Shown: positions 8,756 through 15,569 of the stretch, piece by piece
Layout of the letters: each line of letters opens with the position of its first letter
How positions within the stretch are numbered: position 1 is the first letter of the stretch
Virus record (IMG/VR): IMGVR_UViG_3300031170_000002
Span: 1 to 26,054 of that record
Reading direction: 5' to 3' (one strand)
DNA: 26,054 bases
Source: a virus
Taxonomy: Duplodnaviria; Caudoviricetes
Notes under the pieces: model-generated
The model's database searches: none
Told to the model about the DNA's origin: nothing
What the model saw: the letters and a program-made list of their open reading frames with translations, nothing else
Made by a program: the position numbers and the translations under genes

Positions 8756-8839
8756 CATCCAAATTCACGCTCGGCCCATCCAAATTCACGCTCGACCCAT
8801 CCAAATTCACGCTCGGCCAATCAACGTTGACGCTCGGCC
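8756..8839. repeat. 21-bp tandem repeat, 4 units
   Basis: CATCCAAATTCACGCTCGGCC x3 (one mismatch in unit 2) plus the degenerate unit AATCAACGTTGACGCTCGGCC. Confidence 0.9.
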
Positions 8840-8861
8840 AATCAGCGCGATCCAAGAAATC

Positions 8862-8887
8862 AAACCCCAGCTTCTCAGCTGGGGTTT
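8862..8887 (-). terminator. Intrinsic terminator, possibly bidirectional
   Basis: Perfect 11-bp inverted repeat AAACCCCAGCT/AGCTGGGGTTT with a GAGA loop on the - strand and a T-rich tail, just after the 8894 stop. Confidence 0.75.
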
Positions 8888-8893
8888 CATCTC

Positions 8894-9037
8894 TCACGGC
8901 CTCGCAGACGTCATATGAAATCCACCTCTCTTCAAGCCGTCCCAGATTTCACGGGCCAGATGGACGTTCTCCTCCGCCGGTACGTTCACCTTTAGGGCCA
9001 CCGACGACGCGGGCAGTTGGAACCAAATCGTATACAT
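8894..9037 (-). CDS. Small protein (47 aa), paralog of 6140..6361
   Basis: Not in the track. GAGGAG RBS; MYTIWFQLPASSVALKVNVPAEENVHLAREIWDGLKRGGFHMTSARP. Confidence 0.8.
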   Translation of the reverse strand: MYTIWFQLPASSVALKVNVPAEENVHLAREIWDGLKRGGFHMTSARP

Positions 9038-9058
9038 CGCTTTCTCCTCAGTAAAGGC

Positions 9059-9080
9059 GCGGGGCGCTTTCGCGCCCCGC
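9059..9080 (-). other. Intercistronic GC-rich hairpin with GAAA tetraloop
   Basis: GCGGGGCGC/GCGCCCCGC 9-bp stem between two genes. Confidence 0.6.
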
Positions 9081-9086
9081 TTCAGG

Positions 9087-9488
9087 TTAGGCCCGCTTCG
9101 CCCAAGTATCCCGGAATTTATTTATCCGGCCAGCCTCCGTTTCGAGCCGTTCGGTCACGGTCTCGAATTTCCCGTCCACGAGGCGCTTCGGTACCTTCGG
9201 GCCCGTTCCGACTTCCACGGAGACCTCCGTTCCCTCCCACTCGGCCGCCTTCTCCCCGTAGCCGAGCGTCACGAAGTAGGCGCGACCCTCGACGGAGAAC
9301 CAGAGGTATTCGAGCGCCAGGCTCGGATCACCGCACCAGGCGAGATTCGAGGTCACTATCGTCTTCACGACCGTCCCGTTCACGATTAGCGGCACCGAAC
9401 CGACGCCGCGCTTCGGGAGCGCACCTTTCCGGTCGGAGCACTTCGTCAGGGCGAATTCGCGCCCGTCGAGCAGGTTTACGAGTTTCAT
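9087..9488 (-). CDS. Hypothetical early protein (133 aa), paralog of 5394..6017
   Basis: AAGGAG RBS; no His or Gln; coding strand has no CA. Confidence 0.85.
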   Translation of the reverse strand: MKLVNLLDGREFALTKCSDRKGALPKRGVGSVPLIVNGTVVKTIVTSNLAWCGDPSLALEYLWFSVEGRAYFVTLGYGEKAAEWEGTEVSVEVGTGPKVPKRLVDGKFETVTERLETEAGRINKFRDTWAKRA

Positions 9489-9540
9489 CTTCGGACTCCT
9501 TAAAATCGGGGCGCGAATACCCGCGCGCCCCTATCGGGTA

Positions 9541-9732
9541 TTAGAGGTAAACGACCTCCGCGAGGCCCGCGTAGAGCGGTCCGAACCGCTCGACCGCGAA
9601 TTCGAGCGCCCGTTCTTCGGTCGCGAAAATCCCGTAGACCGCGCCCTTCGCGTTCCGGTTAAGGCGCGAGCCGCGAAGGGCGCTCGCGAGCCTAGGGCTC
9701 GCGAGATAGTAAAACTTCGAGAAGGTCTTAAT
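9541..9732 (-). CDS. Putative first early gene, 63 aa, ATT start
   Basis: Not in the track. AGGAG RBS (9743-9739), 6-nt spacer, ATT; (M)KTFSKFYYLASPRLASALRGSRLNRNAKGAVYGIFATEERALEFAVERFGPLYAGLAEVVYL; downstream of P5. Confidence 0.65.
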   Translation of the reverse strand: MKTFSKFYYLASPRLASALRGSRLNRNAKGAVYGIFATEERALEFAVERFGPLYAGLAEVVYL

Positions 9733-9774
9733 TTCCGTCTCCTAGCTAACCCGCGAACGTCGCGGTCCGTATAA

Positions 9775-9806
9775 GTAAGACCGCGAGTTTTTGGGGAAGT
9801 TTCCCG
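9775..9806 (-). promoter_or_regulatory. Degenerate ECF sigma-like promoter P5
   Basis: GAAACT-N16-GTCTTA-C; same spacing as P2-P4, and shares TCGCGGTCT with P4. Confidence 0.55.
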
Positions 9807-9820
9807 ATTCTGACCTAGGC

Positions 9821-9982
9821 CGACGAACGGTAAAGGGCGCTAGGCGAACGGTAGCCCGGTTTATATACGTTAGTTAGCACTTACTAACCGTATATCTATA
9901 CGGTAGTAGGTTAGTTAGCACCTACTAACTTTTTATCGAACGTTCGTTCGACCGTCGAACGTTCGTTCGGTACTACCGTATA
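9821..9982. repeat. Cluster of direct and inverted repeats at the divergence hub
   Basis: CGAACGGTA x2; GTTAGTTAGCACYTACTAAC x2 (9869, 9910); TCGAACGTTCGTTCG x2 (9936, 9955); 12-bp inverted repeat 9897-9908/9971-9982. Confidence 0.8.
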
Positions 9983-10052
9983 TCCGACGGGTACCCATGA
10001 TGGCGGCGGGTGGGGTGTGGGGCACTGGCCCGTGAGGGAGGACCCGCAGCCC

Positions 10053-10128
10053 TGCGTTTCACGTAACATGCCTGTAGGACAGAGCATATAAATTTGCGTT
10101 TCACGTAACATGCCTGTAGGACAGAGCA
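10053..10128. repeat. Perfect 34-bp direct repeat, 42-bp period
   Basis: TGCGTTTCACGTAACATGCCTGTAGGACAGAGCA at 10053 and 10095; degenerate third copy near 10152. Confidence 0.9.
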
Positions 10129-10208
10129 AATAAGAAAATACCCAGCATAAATAACATACCTGTAAGACGAAAAGCAAACGATTCCAGAAACTATCGTCTG
10201 AAACCCAC

Positions 10209-10237
10209 TTTACTAATGCCTTAAACTAGAGTATATT
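10209..10237 (+). promoter_or_regulatory. Sigma70-type promoter of the late/packaging operon
   Basis: TTTACT-N17-TATATT. Confidence 0.6.
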
Positions 10238-10243
10238 CACTAT

Positions 10244-10402
10244 ATGCCCTCGAAATCTGCCAAACAAGCAAGGACCATGGCAGCAGCGGCTCATAACCCT
10301 GCGTTCGCCAAGAAAGTCGGCATCCCCGTCAGTGTTGCCCGTGAATTCAACAATGCCGACCAGAGAAAGGCAATGGCTACCCAACTAAGGAGCAAGACAT
10401 GA
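10244..10402 (+). CDS. Small conserved phage protein (52 aa)
   Basis: Not in the track. MPSKSAKQARTMAAAAHNPAFAKKVGIPVSVAREFNNADQRKAMATQLRSKT; the AHNPAFAKKVGIP motif is recalled from phage genomes. Confidence 0.8.
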   Translation: MPSKSAKQARTMAAAAHNPAFAKKVGIPVSVAREFNNADQRKAMATQLRSKT

Positions 10403-10578
10403 CTATCCCCATCCCGCTTGGCGAAGGCAGCGAACCTGATTATCTGGAGAACGTAGAGCGGCAGGGAATGAAGCAACCTGCGCCGATAAAGGATGCTCCC
10501 CGTCCTGCCCCCCATTTCACAAAAGATGAGAAGAAAGAACAAGAATATCTGGAGAAGCAAGTAAAGAGCGGCAAATAG
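10399..10578 (+). CDS. Small hypothetical protein (59 aa)
   Basis: Not in the track. AAGGAG RBS, ATGA overlap, ends 1 nt before TerS; MTIPIPLGEGSEPDYLENVERQ...QVKSGK. Confidence 0.7.
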   Translation: MTIPIPLGEGSEPDYLENVERQGMKQPAPIKDAPRPAPHFTKDEKKEQEYLEKQVKSGK

Positions 10579-10579
10579 C

Positions 10580-10951
10580 ATGCAGCAAACTAACCTCAAA
10601 GAGATCCTTGAGGAGCCGCCTGAGGGGCCAGTAACCCCTCCAATGCATCTTGTTGAGGAGAACCTCAACGCCCTAGCCATTGCTCCAAAGCTGCCGACCT
10701 ACGTCAAGACGCGCAACGTCAGAGAACAGTTTCAATACGCCTTTGAGCTAATTGGAGGCATACCGCGGCTTGCTCATTGGGCGCATGCTAACCCCGACAA
10801 GTTCTATTCTCTGTACTCCAAACTCATTCCTACTCAGGTAACTGGAGAGGGTGGAGGAGCGATCAAGGTGGAACTGTCTTGGCTCAACTCCAGAGACACG
10901 TCCGGCCGCAGCCCACCGACAATAATCGACATAGAGCCGACATGCCCCTAA
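10580..10951 (+). CDS. terS: Probable terminase small subunit
   Basis: AFELIGGIPRLAHWAHANPDKFYSLYSKLIP followed by QVTGEGGGAIKV, a pattern seen in TerS proteins; upstream of TerL. Confidence 0.6.
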   Translation: MQQTNLKEILEEPPEGPVTPPMHLVEENLNALAIAPKLPTYVKTRNVREQFQYAFELIGGIPRLAHWAHANPDKFYSLYSKLIPTQVTGEGGGAIKVELSWLNSRDTSGRSPPTIIDIEPTCP

Positions 10952-11148
10952 CATCTAATCCCAGTCTCAGAGAACAACTACAAGCTCTGGCCGATGCCCT
11001 CCGTCAACCGCAGACGGAGCCAGAGCCAATGGATATTAATGATTTGCCACCCGCTAAGACCAGACCGCCGAGACAACCTAAGCCCAAGAAAGCTGAGCCG
11101 GAATTCCTCCCTACTCCCCGGAAGATGAATGATGAGGAGACCATGTGA
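10942..11148 (+). CDS. Small Pro-rich hypothetical protein (68 aa)
   Basis: ATG at 10942 overlaps the TerS end; GTGA overlap with the next gene. Confidence 0.6.
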   Translation: MPLTSNPSLREQLQALADALRQPQTEPEPMDINDLPPAKTRPPRQPKPKKAEPEFLPTPRKMNDEETM

Positions 11149-11747
11149 TGCCAGACCAAGCGATGATTAACATGCTACGTAGTGGACCGTCTTTAGGACC
11201 ATCTCAAGTAACTCAAAGGACTGGCGCACCGACGGGACCGTTTAACGCTGGCCCACCGCCTTCGCCTGGAGGTGGGTTTGGCCCCGTATCAGCAGGTACG
11301 CCCATGGGTGGAGCGACCAACGCTGGCGACACTTCCCCTCCATACACGGGCATGGGACCGCCAGGTCTACAGCGCGGCAATACCGGAACGATGACGGACA
11401 CGCCCGCGCCTATGACGCCGCCGAGCATGGTACAGCGTGGAGTGCCCCCACCGACGGCGAGCATGCCAGGTCGAATGGGTCCAGGAGCTGCACCGCCGCC
11501 TGCAGCACCGCCGACGATGCCTATGCAGAGGCCAGCAATGCCCGGAGGCTTCAATCAAGCCTCCCTAGCAGGTGGCGTACCCAGAATGCCGCCAGGTATG
11601 GGAGCAGGTGGCGGCAATTTTCTGGGCGGACCGTCAATGCAACGCCCAGGAGGTATGGCTCCTCCCCCACCGAGGCCACCGCAGCAACCACTAGCGCCGA
11701 CGGCCTGGAACCAGACTGACTGGAACGCGCCAGGTAATCTTGGCTAA
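11145..11747 (+). CDS. Pro/Gly/Met-rich low-complexity protein (200 aa)
   Basis: GAGGAG RBS; fills the gap before TerL with overlaps at both ends. Confidence 0.65.
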   Translation: MMPDQAMINMLRSGPSLGPSQVTQRTGAPTGPFNAGPPPSPGGGFGPVSAGTPMGGATNAGDTSPPYTGMGPPGLQRGNTGTMTDTPAPMTPPSMVQRGVPPPTASMPGRMGPGAAPPPAAPPTMPMQRPAMPGGFNQASLAGGVPRMPPGMGAGGGNFLGGPSMQRPGGMAPPPPRPPQQPLAPTAWNQTDWNAPGNLG

Positions 11748-13074
11748 GATACAACTTGATTACCAACCTAGGGATGCGTTTCTACCTTTCCACAATAGAA
11801 AGGCCAGATTCGGCACTCTAGTCTGCCATAGACGGGCAGGGAAGACAGTTGCCGTTGTAAATGATCTTATCATCGGCGCGTTAGAATGTCCTCTTCCCCA
11901 TCCGCAGCTCGCGTACCTCGCGCCAACTTTCTCCCAAGCTAAGAGAATTGCTTGGGAGTATCTGAAGCAGTTCGCCCGACCGCTCATTACTCAGGTTCAT
12001 GAGTCGGAGCTTAGAGTTACCCTCAAGAATGAGGCGAAGATTTACCTGCTAGGTGCGGAGAAGGCCGACAACCTTCGTGGTATGTACTTAGACGGTGCTG
12101 CAATGGACGAATACGCCCAAATGCGGCCAACTGTCGAGTCGCAGATTATCCTACCGTGTCTATCTGACCGCAACGGTTGGCTAGTACGGATGGGAACCCC
12201 CAAGGGTAAAAATCATTTTTACAATGCCTACAATTACTCAGCCAATACGCCTGGCGAATTCGCCATGCTTCTCAAGGCCAGCGAGTCGGGGATCATTCCC
12301 GATGAAGAATTGGCCTTGCTTCGCACGAAAATGGATGCTTCGGACTATGAGCAAGAGTACGAATGCTCATGGACCGCCAGCCTTAAAGGTGCGATCTACG
12401 GTACTGAGATGGATCAAGCCGAGGCCGAGGGCAGGGTTGCTGATTTTGACCTAGATCCAGCCCTTCCCGTCAACGTTATCTGTGACCTTGGCTTCACCGA
12501 CGATACTGTCCTGGTTTTCTTTCAGAAGTCCAGAAGTCAGGTGCTAATTCATGAAGTGCTCGTTAATAACGAGACAGAATGGGACGTGTACCTCGATGAA
12601 ATGGAGTCCAGAAATGTGGAAGAAGTGTACCTTCCCCACGACGCCAAGGCCAGAAACCTACAAACTGGACGGTCTATCGTGGAACAAACCTTATCACGTG
12701 GATATCGTCCACGTATGGTGCCCGATCACAAGTTGCGTGACGGCATATCAGCTACTAGGAAGCTGCTACCATTCACGTATTGGAATAAGCCCTTATGTTC
12801 TGGGGCAATCGAAGCAATGAAGTCTTACAGGAGAGTATGGGATGACAAGTTGGGATGTTATCGTGATCATCCTTTACACGATTGGGCTTCTCATACTGCT
12901 GACGCCATTCGCTATCTTGGTGTGGTGTTTTCTCTACTCGATGAACCCTCCAAGCCTCGTATTATAGTACCAGGTGATGAAGCCGTAGGTGCGCATTATG
13001 CTTTTAACTTGGAAGATTTGTTTACGGATTGGCGAACAAATCCTAGTATAAACAGGGACCGATATGGATACTGA
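11740..13074 (+). CDS. terL: Terminase large subunit
   Basis: Walker A HRRAGKT, Walker B AAMDE, GTPKG, nuclease DLG..D, LPHDA and HDWASHTADAIRY. Confidence 0.95.
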   Translation: MAKIQLDYQPRDAFLPFHNRKARFGTLVCHRRAGKTVAVVNDLIIGALECPLPHPQLAYLAPTFSQAKRIAWEYLKQFARPLITQVHESELRVTLKNEAKIYLLGAEKADNLRGMYLDGAAMDEYAQMRPTVESQIILPCLSDRNGWLVRMGTPKGKNHFYNAYNYSANTPGEFAMLLKASESGIIPDEELALLRTKMDASDYEQEYECSWTASLKGAIYGTEMDQAEAEGRVADFDLDPALPVNVICDLGFTDDTVLVFFQKSRSQVLIHEVLVNNETEWDVYLDEMESRNVEEVYLPHDAKARNLQTGRSIVEQTLSRGYRPRMVPDHKLRDGISATRKLLPFTYWNKPLCSGAIEAMKSYRRVWDDKLGCYRDHPLHDWASHTADAIRYLGVVFSLLDEPSKPRIIVPGDEAVGAHYAFNLEDLFTDWRTNPSINRDRYGY

Positions 13075-15184
13075 AAGTGGGCTAGGTAGTACAGGAAGTC
13101 CCAGCGCTTCCAAGATCGCCAGTCTAAAAGAGCTCCAGTCTGAGTCTGGTGGTAAATACGGACGATGGATGACTGAGTTGACCGCTGCGGAGAAGGAAAC
13201 TGATAAATGGCGGCGTAAAGCCAGGAAAATCGTCAAAGAGTTCCGTGCGGAGCGTATGGAGGTCAGTGGGGTGGACCCCTCCATGGAGCGGAGGTATAAT
13301 CTGTTCTCCGCTAACATCAACATACTCTCGACTGCTCTCCTTAATCAGACACCTCAGGCGACAGTTAATCGTGAATTCAAAGACCCGCAAGATGATATTG
13401 GTCGTATTGCGTGTTATATTATGGAGCGTGCTATTACTTCTCATAATAATCGCAATTACTCTTCATATAACATTCTCAAACAGGTAACTCAGGATATGCT
13501 CGTGCCGGGACTTGGACTCTCTTGGCACACTTACGAGGCTGAGATCGAACGCAAGAAGGAGGAACCAACTGATGAGCAGTTGGCGGTCGATCCTCAAGCT
13601 GAGGCCATGGAATATGACGAAGTAGTCAGTGAGAAGATCATCGATGAGTACGTGTACTGGGAAGACCTGCTATGGTCTCCGGCACGTACTTATGAGGAGA
13701 TTCGGTGGATAGCCCGCAAGACCTACATGACTCGCGACGAATTGGTCAAACGTTGGGGAAAGAAGAAGGGCAAGGACATTCCGCTGGACTATACCCCCAA
13801 GAAGAACGATGTACGGGTGGAGACTCAGAATAACGTCTTCCAGCAGGCTATTATCTATGAAATCTGGGATAAGTCTTCAGAATCCGTGATCTGGATGTCT
13901 AAGCACCAAGATACGATCATCGAGGAGAAGGCTGACTTCCTAGAGCTGGACGACTTCTTTCCTTGCCCCCGTTTCTTGGTTTCGACAGTCAGTAACGGAC
14001 AGTACATCCCTATACCTGACTATCACTACGCCGCGGACCAGTATCGCGAACTGAATGAGATCAATACTCGGATCAGCCTTCTAGTCAAGGCTACCCGCGT
14101 GGCGGGTGTATACGACAAGTCAGCCGGTCAGGTACAGGCACTCCTGAATAACGCCGCAGAGAATACATTGGTCCCCGTTGATCAATGGGCGGCGTTTGCT
14201 GAGAAGGGAGGGATCAAAGGTGCGATTGACTGGGTACCGCTGGATCAGATCGTTGCTACGCTCGAACAACTACTTAAGAACCGTGAGGACGTTAAGGGCC
14301 AGGTATATGAGATCACGGGGATGTCTGATATTATCCGTGGTCAAAGTAAAGCCAGTGAGACCCTCGGCGCTCAAAAGATTAAGACTCAGTATGCGTCGAT
14401 GCGTATCCAAGATCGTCAGAAGAACGTCGTAGAGTACAGTTCTTCTGTGTTCGATCTGCAAGCGCAGTTGATGCGTAAGCACATGGACATTAATGAGATC
14501 GCCAAGTTAGCCCAAGTGGATTTCATGAACGAAGATCCACAGGCGCTTCAGCAGGCTTTGCAGTTGATCAAGACGCCGGAATTCGTACTGCGCGCCCGCG
14601 TAGAGTCAGATACCCTGTCGGACATAGATTTCCAAGCGGAGAAGCAGGACCGTATGGAATATATGATGACGATTACCAATTATCTGAAAGAAACGGTCCC
14701 CATGATTCAGAACGACGCGCTTCTTGGGCCGTTCCTCATGCAATTGCTGCAGTTCTCGCTGGCGGGCTTCAAGATTGGTAAGAAGTTTGAAGGTGAATTG
14801 GATCGTACCTTCAATCAGATTCAGCAGAAATTGCAGAATCCTCAGCCACCGCAACCGACTCCTGAACAACAGAAAGTTCAGGGACAATTGCAGATTATGC
14901 AACAGAAGGCTCAGGTTGACGCTCAACAGGGTCAGCAGAAGATACAACTTGCAGCGGCTGAGGGACAGCAGAAATTGCAATTTAAGCAACAAGAACACCA
15001 AGTATCTATGCAAGGTAAGGTCCAACAAGCCCAGGTAGATAGCCAGGTAGCTGGTCAAAAGATGCAAGAAAACCAGGCTAAATTCTGGCAAAACTTGATG
15101 AATGATCGTATTAAGTCAGAGCAGCAAGCTCAGAATGCGGTAGCTAAACCTCCATATGTGCCGTCTGGGGTGGGACATGGCTAG
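13064..15184 (+). CDS. Portal protein with Gln-rich C-terminal helical extension
   Basis: 706 aa directly after TerL; YEITGMSDIIRG..ASETLGAQ motif; Q-rich tail as in P22-type portals. Confidence 0.88.
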   Translation: MDTESGLGSTGSPSASKIASLKELQSESGGKYGRWMTELTAAEKETDKWRRKARKIVKEFRAERMEVSGVDPSMERRYNLFSANINILSTALLNQTPQATVNREFKDPQDDIGRIACYIMERAITSHNNRNYSSYNILKQVTQDMLVPGLGLSWHTYEAEIERKKEEPTDEQLAVDPQAEAMEYDEVVSEKIIDEYVYWEDLLWSPARTYEEIRWIARKTYMTRDELVKRWGKKKGKDIPLDYTPKKNDVRVETQNNVFQQAIIYEIWDKSSESVIWMSKHQDTIIEEKADFLELDDFFPCPRFLVSTVSNGQYIPIPDYHYAADQYRELNEINTRISLLVKATRVAGVYDKSAGQVQALLNNAAENTLVPVDQWAAFAEKGGIKGAIDWVPLDQIVATLEQLLKNREDVKGQVYEITGMSDIIRGQSKASETLGAQKIKTQYASMRIQDRQKNVVEYSSSVFDLQAQLMRKHMDINEIAKLAQVDFMNEDPQALQQALQLIKTPEFVLRARVESDTLSDIDFQAEKQDRMEYMMTITNYLKETVPMIQNDALLGPFLMQLLQFSLAGFKIGKKFEGELDRTFNQIQQKLQNPQPPQPTPEQQKVQGQLQIMQQKAQVDAQQGQQKIQLAAAEGQQKLQFKQQEHQVSMQGKVQQAQVDSQVAGQKMQENQAKFWQNLMNDRIKSEQQAQNAVAKPPYVPSGVGHG

Positions 15185-15515
15185 GCGGCGGTTCATACAG
15201 AGTCGCGAACCACCTTATGATTTCACAGAGGTAAGTGATGATTACGCCCCCGAACCGCGCAATACGGATTCAGCGCTATGGAATGATCGACACTATGATG
15301 GGCTACGCGCTACTGATGGGACGGACATTTCTTCTCGTACTAAGCATCGCCGTTACATGCGTCTTAATAACGTTACAACTATAGACGATTTCAAAGGATC
15401 GTGGAATAAGGCGCAGCAGCAGCGGGACGAATATCGTACAGGTAAGAGAGGTACTGTAACCAAAGAAGACATTGGTAGAGCTATACACGAGTTGGAGAAC
15501 AAACGAAAGGCGTGA
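15177..15515 (+). CDS. Conserved hypothetical head-module protein (112 aa)
   Basis: ATG 15177 overlaps the portal end; DGTDISSRTKHRRYM motif. Confidence 0.75.
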   Translation: MARRRFIQSREPPYDFTEVSDDYAPEPRNTDSALWNDRHYDGLRATDGTDISSRTKHRRYMRLNNVTTIDDFKGSWNKAQQQRDEYRTGKRGTVTKEDIGRAIHELENKRKA

Positions 15516-15532
15516 AATTCAAACGAAAACGC

Positions 15533-15561
15533 TTTACGCTGACCCCTTTTTAGTATAGGAT
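15533..15561 (+). promoter_or_regulatory. Possible sigma70-type promoter for scaffold/capsid
   Basis: TTTACG-N17-TAGGAT in the intergenic gap. Confidence 0.4.
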
Positions 15562-15569
15562 TAACGATC

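Noticed and set aside
8635-8897. ORFs 8635..8820 and 8688..8897 with heptad peptide repeats
   Set aside because: The repeats come from the 21-bp DNA repeat. One ORF crosses the terminator, the other lies beyond it, and both run into the iteron array.
9017-9544. 175-aa Arg-rich + strand ORF
   Set aside because: Antisense to a well-supported gene; long partly because this strand has no TG and so no TGA stops.
8756-10128. Direct repeats as a CRISPR array
   Set aside because: Spacers are 0 or 8 nt and no cas genes are present.
9911-10177. 88-aa - strand ORF
   Set aside because: Its repeated peptide mirrors the 42-bp DNA period; no convincing RBS; lies in the regulatory hub.
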